DNA of 11,288 nucleotides from Chlamydiia bacterium (GTDB lineage Bacteria > Chlamydiota > Chlamydiia > Chlamydiales > Parachlamydiaceae): assembly GCA_038257035.1 (NCBI GenBank), contig JBBSJT010000077.1, positions 1 to 11,288 on the forward strand, given 5' to 3'. Below the pieces are notes generated by a model. It did no database searches. It saw only the letters and a program-made list of their open reading frames with translations, and was not told where the DNA came from. Below, one piece after another: positions 1 through 7,420 of the stretch; the first letter of the stretch is position 1, and every line of letters starts with the position of its first letter. Made by a program: the position numbers and the translations under genes.

Positions 1-76
1 ACAAAAAAATTATCACCCTCAATTCTTTTTGTAAAACTATCTCTTATTTAATGGTCTTTTCCCCCCGTCTCCCCCC

Positions 77-126
77 CTTCTTCGCTTTTCTTCGCGTCTT
101 CCTTCGCGTTCTTCGCGGTGAAAAAA
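77..126. repeat. Right arm of a CTTCGCG-type tandem/inverted repeat element (partner arm not in window)
   Basis: Four CTTCGC(G) units at 80, 90, 102 and 111, ending CTTCGCGGTGAAAAAA; near-identical to the arm end at 8372-8396 (CTTCGCGGTCTTCGCGGTAAAAAAA). Confidence 0.7.
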
Positions 127-246
127 GGACAAAAATAAGGTAAAATAAGATTCTCGTCTTATAAATTCTTCACGGTAAAAAAAACTTCCAAAGCGGTGAA
201 AAAACTTTGTGGTGGGAAAATGGGGGATTAGGCTAAGATTTGGGTC

Positions 247-951
247 ATGAACTCAAGACACAAGCTTATTAGCGACCCATCAGAAATTGAAGCAAAAATT
301 CAATATGCGTTTAAAAACCGCAACTTGCTTTTCCTTGCCTTTATCCATCGCTCCTACATAAATGAAAATCGCGACGTTTTTGAACATAATGAACGCCTTG
401 AATTTTTAGGCGATTCGGTTTTAGGTTTGATCATTTCAGAATATCTTTATGTAAATCTGCCATCAAATCCTGAAGGTGACCTCTCTTATTTGCGCTCAAG
501 ACTTGTTGAGGCCTCATCTTGTGTGGCTTATGTACAAAAATTAGACATTGAAAAGTATTTGAGTCTTGGAAAGGGTGAGAAAATTAATTCAGGACGTGGT
601 CGAGATTCCATTTTATCAGACCTTTTTGAAGCATTGATCGGAGCAATTTTTTTAGATTCAGGGATTGAATCTGCCAAAAATTTTATCTTCACTCACTTTA
701 AAGATGAAATTGAAGCTATATTAAAGACTCCCCTGTCAAACTGGAAAGCTCTTTTACAAGATTACTGCCAAAAAAAATACCAAAAACCACCTTTTTATGA
801 TGTAATCAGTGAAGAAGGGCCAGATCATAACAAAATTTTTAAAATCTCAGTCTTAATCGATACACAAGAAATTGGCAAAGGGACAGGTCAATCCAAAAAA
901 GAAGCTCAACAAGCTGCTGCAAAAGATGCTTTAGAAAAATTTGGAGTTTAG
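247..951 (+). CDS. rnc: Ribonuclease III
   Basis: RNase III signature NERLEFLGDSVL, DLFEALIGAIFLD, C-terminal dsRBD (KALLQDYCQ...GPDH...SKKEAQQAAA). Confidence 0.98.
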   Translation: MNSRHKLISDPSEIEAKIQYAFKNRNLLFLAFIHRSYINENRDVFEHNERLEFLGDSVLGLIISEYLYVNLPSNPEGDLSYLRSRLVEASSCVAYVQKLDIEKYLSLGKGEKINSGRGRDSILSDLFEALIGAIFLDSGIESAKNFIFTHFKDEIEAILKTPLSNWKALLQDYCQKKYQKPPFYDVISEEGPDHNKIFKISVLIDTQEIGKGTGQSKKEAQQAAAKDALEKFGV

Positions 952-953
952 AA

Positions 954-2324
954 ATGGCGATTAAGCAAAAATCAGTTTGGTACTGTCAAGAATGTGGACA
1001 TAAACAAATTAAATGGGCAGGCCAATGTTCTTCCTGCTCTAATTGGAATACATTTCAAGAAGAAATAGAAATCAAATCCCAGGAAAAAAGGTTTGAATCG
1101 CAACAACAAAATAGCAGACCTGTTCGTTTAAAAGAAATTTGCAGAGAAAAAACCCCAAGAATACAAACCTTCATCAACGAATATGACCGCTTAATAGGTG
1201 GTGGACAGGTTCCAGGCTCCCTCACACTAGTTGGTGGGGATCCTGGGGTTGGTAAATCAACCCTCATGCTGCAGCTTTCCAACGCTTTTGCCGTACAAGG
1301 CCTCATAGTACTTTATGTTTGCGGAGAGGAATCTACAGAGCAAACGTCAATGAGGGCAGAAAGACTCAAAATTGATAGCGACAACCTTTTTCTTTTATCT
1401 GAAACAAATTTTTCATTAATCAAAGCTCAAATTGAAAATGTCAAACCCGACATTCTCATCGTTGATTCCATTCAAATTGTTTATAAAGCAGAAATTACAT
1501 CATCGCCGGGCTCCGTTTCTCAAGTTCGAGAAACTGCCACTGAATTTATGCATATTGCCAAAGGTCAAGGAATCACCACCTTTTTAATTGGACACGTGAC
1601 AAAATCGGGCGAAATTGCAGGTCCAAGAATTCTTGAACACTTGGTAGATACCGTTCTATATTTTGAAGGGGACAAACAACAAAACTACAGAATGATTAGA
1701 GTGGTTAAAAACCGTTTTGGACCAACAGATGAAATTGCTGTCTTTCAAATGCAAATGAAAGGACTTGTTGAAGTACCAAACCCCTCTCAAGTATTTTTAG
1801 AAGAGCGTAGAAAGGAAAATGTGGGTTCTGTGATTGTTCCCGCTATTGAAGGAACAAGACCGATGCTCATTGAAGTTCAAGCCTTGGTCACAGAAACTTT
1901 TTTTCCAACGCCCTCAAGACGCTCCGCAGGTCTTGATCCAAACAGGCTTGCCCTTCTTCTTGCGGTTCTTGAAAAAAGAATGGGCTTTGCCATGCATAAA
2001 TGCGATGTTTTTGTCTCTATTGCAGGGGGTATGCGTATTGTAGAACCTGGACTTGATTTAGGGATACTGTTGGCTGTTGCCTCCTCAACTCGCAACAAAC
2101 GAATTGATTCTGAAACTGTTGTGATGGGAGAAGTTGGCCTTGGCGGTGAAATTAGAAGTGTGTCTCGAATAGAAAGTCGTTTAAAAGAGGCTATTCACAT
2201 GGGCTTTTCAAGGTGTATTATTCCCAAAAGAAATGTGATTGGATTACCGGATGAGCTTAAATCAAAAATTAAAATTTTAGGCTTCGACATCGTCGACGAC
2301 GCTGTCAAGGCCTTGCTGAACTAG
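954..2324 (+). CDS. radA: DNA repair protein RadA/Sms
   Basis: N-terminal C4 zinc finger (CQECG...CSSC), Walker A GDPGVGKST, KNRFG motif, Lon-like C-terminal domain; starts 2 nt after the rnc stop. Confidence 0.98.
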   Translation: MAIKQKSVWYCQECGHKQIKWAGQCSSCSNWNTFQEEIEIKSQEKRFESQQQNSRPVRLKEICREKTPRIQTFINEYDRLIGGGQVPGSLTLVGGDPGVGKSTLMLQLSNAFAVQGLIVLYVCGEESTEQTSMRAERLKIDSDNLFLLSETNFSLIKAQIENVKPDILIVDSIQIVYKAEITSSPGSVSQVRETATEFMHIAKGQGITTFLIGHVTKSGEIAGPRILEHLVDTVLYFEGDKQQNYRMIRVVKNRFGPTDEIAVFQMQMKGLVEVPNPSQVFLEERRKENVGSVIVPAIEGTRPMLIEVQALVTETFFPTPSRRSAGLDPNRLALLLAVLEKRMGFAMHKCDVFVSIAGGMRIVEPGLDLGILLAVASSTRNKRIDSETVVMGEVGLGGEIRSVSRIESRLKEAIHMGFSRCIIPKRNVIGLPDELKSKIKILGFDIVDDAVKALLN

Positions 2325-2387
2325 AGTTTGTGAATTAACCGTTTTAAAAAAATTAATTAAGAAAAAGAGACTTATTTAAACGTATAT

Positions 2388-2567
2388 GATTTTTTCAACG
2401 CAGAGACGCAGAGACGCAGAGACACAGAGAAGCGGGCCTAAGCCCGAAAAAAAACAAATTAAATTCTTTTCAAAGCCACGAAAAACGGTCGACCTTTTTT
2501 GTTCTTTTCGCGCTTTAGCGCGCTTCTCTGCGTCTCTGCGTCTCTGCGTCTCTGCGTTGAAAAAATC
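2388..2567. repeat. 180-bp REP/MITE-like inverted-repeat element with (ACGCAGAG)x4 arms
   Basis: 2388-2434 and 2521-2567 are 47-nt inverted repeats with 46/47 identity; imperfect pairing continues about 20 nt further inward. Confidence 0.9.
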
Positions 2568-2662
2568 TGAAACTTTTTACTTATCTGTAGCACCAGTATA
2601 TCCTCCTCTTTTCTCTTTGCTCCTCGGTGATCTCTGTGTTAAGAATATAGGAGAGGTTTAGA

Positions 2663-3313
2663 ATGAAGATTGAAGTTGCAGGCAGAGAGTCGCCATTATC
2701 GAAGGCTCAGATCGAAGAGGTTTTTCAAGAACTTTTACAATTTCATAAAAATATTATTTTTGAAAATACATTCCTTAAAACAACGGGTGATATTGATCTT
2801 ACAACCTCTTTAAAAGACTTGGACAAAACTGATTTTTTTACAAAAGAAATCGATGAACTTCTTTTAAACAAAAAATGTCGTATCGCAATCCATTCGGCAA
2901 AAGATTTACCTAAAATTATTCCGGAAGGTCTTGCTTTAATAGCCCTAACGAAGGGTCTTGACCCTAGCGATTCTCTGGTTTTAAAAGAAGGTGTGACAAT
3001 TGATTCTTTAAAAAATAAAGCTGTAATTGGAACATCATCTGTAAAACGTGAAGAAGCTTTAAAAAATTTGAGGCCTGATTTTACTTTCAAAGATATACGC
3101 GGACAAATTATGGCACGTCTTGAACTTCTACAAAATTCCGCTGTTGATGGCGTTATTATAGCTGAGGCTGCCTTGATAAGGCTTAAATTGGAACATTTAA
3201 ACAGAGTAAAGCTTAACTATGAAACGACACCCTTACAAGGTCGTCTTGCAATTGTAGCAAGAGACGATGATATGGAAATGAAAGAACTTTTTTCTTGTAT
3301 AGATAGTCATTAA
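2663..3313 (+). CDS. hemC: Hydroxymethylbilane synthase (porphobilinogen deaminase), short form lacking the C-terminal domain
   Basis: Motifs GRESPLS, KTTGD, FTKEID, HSAKD, GTSSVKR, DIRG, QGRLAI; SD-like GGAGAGG at 2650-2656; only 216 aa. Confidence 0.92.
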   Translation: MKIEVAGRESPLSKAQIEEVFQELLQFHKNIIFENTFLKTTGDIDLTTSLKDLDKTDFFTKEIDELLLNKKCRIAIHSAKDLPKIIPEGLALIALTKGLDPSDSLVLKEGVTIDSLKNKAVIGTSSVKREEALKNLRPDFTFKDIRGQIMARLELLQNSAVDGVIIAEAALIRLKLEHLNRVKLNYETTPLQGRLAIVARDDDMEMKELFSCIDSH

Positions 3314-3314
3314 A

Positions 3315-3974
3315 ATGAAAAAAAAAATTCTTTATTTGGGAATAGATCCTCCAATCGATGCACATTCAAAATATATCTTCGATAAGGAAAATTCAGAGCT
3401 GATTCATTACCCTATTATCAAAACAGTTCCTTCAAAAAAATTTAATCTTTTTTTAGCTTTTAAAAATTTTTTACATTTTACTCACATAATTTTTACAAGC
3501 AAAACAACGGTAAGAATATTTTTTGAAACTTTAAAAGAATTATCCTTTTCTTTTGAAGAAATAAGCAAAAAGCAGTTCATCGTTGTTGGTAAATCAACAG
3601 CACATGTATTAAAAGAGTACGCTATTACCCCTACATGGATAGCAGAAGAAGAAACGGCAACAGGAATCGTTGCACTTTTAAAAAATTTGAATTTAGAAAA
3701 TTGTTTCATTTTTTTTCCTCATTCAAAAATTTCACGAAATACAATTATTACATTTTTGTTAAATGAAAATATAAAATTCGAAGAATCATGTTTTTACGAT
3801 ACAATTCCTTTTAAATCCGGACCTCTTCCGGATTTAAAGGTCGTTGATGAAATTGTTTTTACAAGCCCCTCAACTGTAGATGCCTTTTTAACTTTTTTCA
3901 AAACCCTGCCTGAAAATAAAATTTTGACTCCTATTGGCCCCGTGACAAACTTAAGGCTAGAAAAAAATTTGTAG
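3315..3974 (+). CDS. hemD: Uroporphyrinogen-III synthase
   Basis: IIFTSKTTV, VVGKSTA, FTSPSTV and PIGPVT motifs typical of HemD; starts 1 nt after the hemC stop. Confidence 0.88.
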   Translation: MKKKILYLGIDPPIDAHSKYIFDKENSELIHYPIIKTVPSKKFNLFLAFKNFLHFTHIIFTSKTTVRIFFETLKELSFSFEEISKKQFIVVGKSTAHVLKEYAITPTWIAEEETATGIVALLKNLNLENCFIFFPHSKISRNTIITFLLNENIKFEESCFYDTIPFKSGPLPDLKVVDEIVFTSPSTVDAFLTFFKTLPENKILTPIGPVTNLRLEKNL

Positions 3975-3991
3975 AAGCGTTACTTTGTTAA

Positions 3992-4165
3992 GAACTCACT
4001 TAACTATAAAAATGATTTTTTGAAAGCCAAAGCGAACTCTTTTCTGAGAATGGAAGCTCAAGCGATCTTGAGGAGGGCAGGGTGATCCCTGCTCGACGAA
4101 AGAGACGTTTTCAGGGAAGAGTGCAGCTTAGCTTACATTAATCATTTTTATAGTTAGGTGAGTTC
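3992..4165 (+). repeat. 174-nt palindromic (MITE-like or structured RNA) element
   Basis: 26-nt terminal inverted repeats 3992-4017/4140-4165 (25/26), 17-bp inner helix 4036-4052/4106-4122, apical hairpins 4057-4072 and 4075-4094. Confidence 0.82.
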
Positions 4166-4195
4166 AAACTCATCTTTTAAAAAGGAGATATTTTC

Positions 4196-4819
4196 ATGGC
4201 GCAAGCAACTTATATACCGGCCAAATTACCGGAACTTCCCTACGCTCTTAATGCCTTAGAGCCTATTATCAGTGAAGAAATTATGAATCTTCATTACAAT
4301 AAACATCATTTGGCTTACGTCAATAACTTTAATAAAGCAAATGATCAGTATGCAGAAGCTCTTGCAAAAAATGATCTACCGGCCATGATTTCTCTTCAAG
4401 GTGCTATCAAATTTAATGGTGGCGGACATATCAACCACAGTATTTTCTGGACTAATTTAAGCCCTGTGAATGAACTTGGCGGAAAACCCCCCGTGGGGCC
4501 TTTAAGCGAAGCTATCAATCAACAGTTTGGATCTTTAGAAAAATTTATTGAACAATTTAGCCAAAAAGCTGTTGCTCTTCAAGGTTCAGGTTGGGTATGG
4601 CTCGGGCTTAATAAGGGACTAGACCGACTTGAAATTCAACCTTGCGAAAACCAAGATCCTCTTGCTATAAAGGGTTTTATTCCATTATTTGGCTTGGATG
4701 TTTGGGAACATGCTTATTATTTACAATATAAGAATGTACGTCCTGATTATGTAAAAGCGATTTGGTCAATTGTGAACTGGAAAAACGTTGCTGAGCGTTA
4801 TGACGAAGCTAAGAAATAG
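4196..4819 (+). CDS. sodA: Superoxide dismutase, Fe/Mn family, probably Mn-type
   Basis: LPELPY, HYNKHH and DVWEHAYY motifs; NGGGH, QGSGW and NQD are signatures usually seen in Mn-type enzymes; SD AAGGAG at 4182-4187. Confidence 0.93.
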   Translation: MAQATYIPAKLPELPYALNALEPIISEEIMNLHYNKHHLAYVNNFNKANDQYAEALAKNDLPAMISLQGAIKFNGGGHINHSIFWTNLSPVNELGGKPPVGPLSEAINQQFGSLEKFIEQFSQKAVALQGSGWVWLGLNKGLDRLEIQPCENQDPLAIKGFIPLFGLDVWEHAYYLQYKNVRPDYVKAIWSIVNWKNVAERYDEAKK

Positions 4820-4826
4820 CTAGCCT

Positions 4827-4876
4827 TAGCAATTCTAAAGTACAGCAATTAAAATTGCTGTACTTTAGAATTGCTA
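4827..4876. repeat. Perfect 50-bp palindrome between convergent genes; likely acts as a bidirectional terminator
   Basis: TAGCAATTCTAAAGTACAGCAATT-AA-AATTGCTGTACTTTAGAATTGCTA, 24/24 arm match, between the sod stop (4819) and the opposing stop (4890). Confidence 0.85.
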
Positions 4877-4889
4877 TAATTTTATCTTT

Positions 4890-5246
4890 TTAGTTTTTAG
4901 GAACAATACTTACAACAGTTATAATATTTGGTCCAATACCTGTGTTTTTGACGATGTTCAATGTTGCAATGTAACTTGCCGGAGGCGGGGGTCTTTGACA
5001 TCTTGAAGAGTTACTAGAACGTGTCAAAATAGTATATTTAACTTCTCCTAAGGTATTAATACGTCTAGTATTTCTTTTAATACTTACGATAAATTCATTC
5101 TGACCAATAACCGTAAAAGCAGGGTCACCTATTGCATTAGCAATAGCTTCATATTCTAATACGCTTTCTGCCAACGGAGATACAGCGGCAAATGTTGTTT
5201 GAGCTACAACTAGGCATGCGATAAGAAAAGAACCAAATTTTTTCAT
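4890..5246 (-). CDS. Hypothetical secreted protein (118 aa)
   Basis: ATG preceded by a GAGG SD; Sec-type signal peptide MKKFGSFLIACLVVAQTTFA; does not overlap other genes; no family recognised. Confidence 0.8.
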   Translation of the reverse strand: MKKFGSFLIACLVVAQTTFAAVSPLAESVLEYEAIANAIGDPAFTVIGQNEFIVSIKRNTRRINTLGEVKYTILTRSSNSSRCQRPPPPASYIATLNIVKNTGIGPNIITVVSIVPKN

Positions 5247-5313
5247 TTAATTTCCTCAAGTTGTGAAATTGATAACTAAAAACTCATCATGGATGTCGCT
5301 CCAGTTAACGCTG

Positions 5314-5342
5314 ATTCTCATCGCATTGTTTTTTTAAGTCAA
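5314..5342 (-). promoter_or_regulatory. Candidate sigma70/sigma66 promoter of the secreted-protein gene
   Basis: Minus strand TTGACT-N17-GAGAAT, about 70 nt upstream of the ATG. Confidence 0.4.
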
Positions 5343-5359
5343 GAAAGATAAGGATTTAA

Positions 5360-5387
5360 TTGCACTTCGCGGTTGAATTGGTATTCT
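5360..5387 (+). promoter_or_regulatory. Candidate distal promoter facing accD
   Basis: TTGCAC-N16-TATTCT with an extended -10 TG at 5379-5380. Confidence 0.3.
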
Positions 5388-5553
5388 TGCTATTAATAAT
5401 CAATAAACACCAATACATTATTACACATAAAACAAAAACATGAATTTTAAATAATTAAAATAAACACCTAAATCCTTCACCTTAAATAAAATAATTTTCA
5501 AAAAAAATATACAGCAAGAATTTAAAAAAATTTAGATAATTGATGATATTAGC

Positions 5554-5582
5554 TTGAAATATTCAACGATCTGGCTTAAAAT
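5554..5582 (+). promoter_or_regulatory. Candidate sigma70/sigma66 promoter of the accD-dut-ptsN operon
   Basis: TTGAAA-N17-TAAAAT, about 30 nt upstream of the accD ATG, with AT-rich sequence upstream. Confidence 0.5.
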
Positions 5583-5613
5583 CAAAATACTAATATAAGA
5601 TAAAAGGTTGTTA

Positions 5614-6459
5614 ATGAGATTGTTTTCAAGAAATAAACCTAAAATAAAAATTCAAACCACGAAAAAAGATGGTTTCGGTGGCTGGTTAAAATGTCCTCAT
5701 TGCAATGAATTGATACATGCCAATGAGCTTGAGCAAAATATTAATTGCTGCCCAAAATGTGATTACCACTATCGCCTCTCTGCTGATGAAAGAATTAGAA
5801 GCCTTAGTGATACTGACACATTTCAAGAGCTGTACAATAATTTAGAATCTGTCGACCCTCTAAATTTTGTCGACACTGAAAGTTATGCCACAAGACTTGT
5901 CAATGCCAAAGAAAAATCAGGCCATAAGGAAGGTGTCATTGTCGGTCATTGTAAAATTCTAAATCAAAATATTGCTCTTGCAGTTATGGATTTTAATTTT
6001 ATGGCAGGCTCAATGGGTTCTGTAGTCGGAGAAAAACTTACTCTTATAATTGAGTACGCCTTGGCACAAAAACTTCCTCTTGTAATTGTTTCAACCTCCG
6101 GTGGTGCAAGAATGCAAGAATCTATCCTTTCTCTTATGCAGATGGCAAAAACATCAGCTGCGCTTGCCAAATTACATGAAGCTAAAATCCCTTATATTTC
6201 TATTTTAACAAATCCAACAACAGGTGGGGTAACAGCCTCGTTCGCATCGCTCGGAGACATCATCGTAGCAGAACCTGATGCATTGATTTGTTTTGCCGGT
6301 CCTCGCGTAATTGAGCAAACAATTGGACAACAATTGCCTCCCGGTTCTCAAAAATCAGAATTTTTGTTGCAACATGGACTAATAGATTGTATTGTTAGAC
6401 GTCATGAACTTAAAAACAAAATTGGAGAGCTGATTTCGTTTTTTAACGGACAAGCTTGA
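5614..6459 (+). CDS. accD: Acetyl-CoA carboxylase carboxyltransferase beta subunit
   Basis: C4 zinc finger WLKCPHC...CPKC, GSMGSVVGEK, SGGARMQES, PTTGGVTASFA, FAGPRVIEQT. ATG 5614 (AAGG 6 nt upstream) preferred over TTG 5608. Confidence 0.97.
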   Translation: MRLFSRNKPKIKIQTTKKDGFGGWLKCPHCNELIHANELEQNINCCPKCDYHYRLSADERIRSLSDTDTFQELYNNLESVDPLNFVDTESYATRLVNAKEKSGHKEGVIVGHCKILNQNIALAVMDFNFMAGSMGSVVGEKLTLIIEYALAQKLPLVIVSTSGGARMQESILSLMQMAKTSAALAKLHEAKIPYISILTNPTTGGVTASFASLGDIIVAEPDALICFAGPRVIEQTIGQQLPPGSQKSEFLLQHGLIDCIVRRHELKNKIGELISFFNGQA

Positions 6460-6483
6460 AAAACACTAAATACCTTTATAAAA

Positions 6484-6939
6484 ATGACAAAACTACAAAT
6501 TACCGTTCCTATTTTTACAAAAAATCCTGAAAACCTGCCGGTTTATTCATCAACAGATGCTGCCGGTGCCGATGCCAGAGCAAATATTGATCAAGAAATC
6601 ATTTTATTGCCGGGCACGTCAGTACTTATTCCAACCGGATTAAAAGTTGCTATTCCAAGCGGTTATGAAATCCAGGTACGACCAAGAAGTGGTCTTGCTT
6701 TAAAAAATCAAATAACTGTTTTAAATACTCCGGGAACAATTGATGCCGATTACCGCGGTGAAATTGGAATTATATTAATTAATCATGGAAAAGAAAATTT
6801 TCATATTTTACCCGGCATGCGTATTGCTCAACTGATTGTGTCCTCTGTTATACAAGCAAACTTTTTACAAGTAACAGAGGATAAACTTAACTCCACTCCT
6901 CGTGGAATCAATGGCTTTGGACACACAGGGATCCATTAA
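6484..6939 (+). CDS. dut: dUTP diphosphatase (trimeric dUTPase)
   Basis: Motifs [26 protein letters not shown] and [10 protein letters not shown]. Confidence 0.97.
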   Translation: MTKLQITVPIFTKNPENLPVYSSTDAAGADARANIDQEIILLPGTSVLIPTGLKVAIPSGYEIQVRPRSGLALKNQITVLNTPGTIDADYRGEIGIILINHGKENFHILPGMRIAQLIVSSVIQANFLQVTEDKLNSTPRGINGFGHTGIH

Positions 6940-6948
6940 TATAAAACT

Positions 6949-7398
6949 ATGCTAAAAATCTATAACTATTTAAATGCCGATCTAATTACCTTTCTTAATG
7001 CTGACTCAAGGGATGCTGCTTTAAAAGAACTGATTGCTAAAGCTAAGCAAACCGGACATCTAAAAGATAGTCAAATTTTTTTTGATGCCTTAATTGAACG
7101 CGAAAGAATAATTTCTACCGGAATCGGAATGGGTGTAGCCATCCCCCATGCAAAACTTGATACTTATGAAGAATTTTTTATTGTAATTGGTATATTGCAA
7201 AAAGGTGTGGAATGGAATTCTTTGGATCGCGCCCCTGTAAGATTAATTTTTATGGTGGGTGGTCCGGATGATAAGCAGACAGAATATTTACAAATTCTTT
7301 CAAGCTTGACCATGGCCATCAAAGATGAAGAACGTAGAAAAAAAATATTAACACGTAATTCGCCGGAAGCTATTATGGAACTCTTCAAGGCCTTCTAG
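6949..7398 (+). CDS. ptsN: PTS EIIA (Fru/Ntr family) protein
   Basis: ERERIISTGIGMGVAIPH phospho-His motif; GVEWNSLDRAPVRLIF. Confidence 0.88.
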   Translation: MLKIYNYLNADLITFLNADSRDAALKELIAKAKQTGHLKDSQIFFDALIERERIISTGIGMGVAIPHAKLDTYEEFFIVIGILQKGVEWNSLDRAPVRLIFMVGGPDDKQTEYLQILSSLTMAIKDEERRKKILTRNSPEAIMELFKAF

Positions 7399-7420
7399 TT
7401 GATTGCAAAACGGAGTGATT

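Noticed and set aside
2386..2661. 91-aa ORF (MIFSTQRRRDAETQR...SASLRLCVSALK) ending 1 nt before hemC
   Set aside because: It is the translation of the octamer inverted repeat and has no SD. Probably spurious, although translation cannot be excluded without ribosome profiling.
3300..3327. HemC-HemD fusion by frameshift, or phase variation at the A10 tract at the start of hemD
   Set aside because: hemD has its own ATG, its frame is closed by TAG at 3300-3302, and A-runs encoding N-terminal lysines are common in AT-rich genomes.
4050..4110. Hammerhead-like look of UUGAGGA-[stem]-GACGAAA in the apical junction
   Set aside because: Lacks the C of CUGANGA, has 3 extra nt before GAAA, and has no correctly placed UH cleavage site; not a canonical hammerhead.
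3992..4195. Mn-sensing yybP-ykoY riboswitch upstream of Mn-SOD
   Set aside because: I cannot find its conserved loop motifs or four-way junction; the long terminal inverted repeats fit a palindromic element better.
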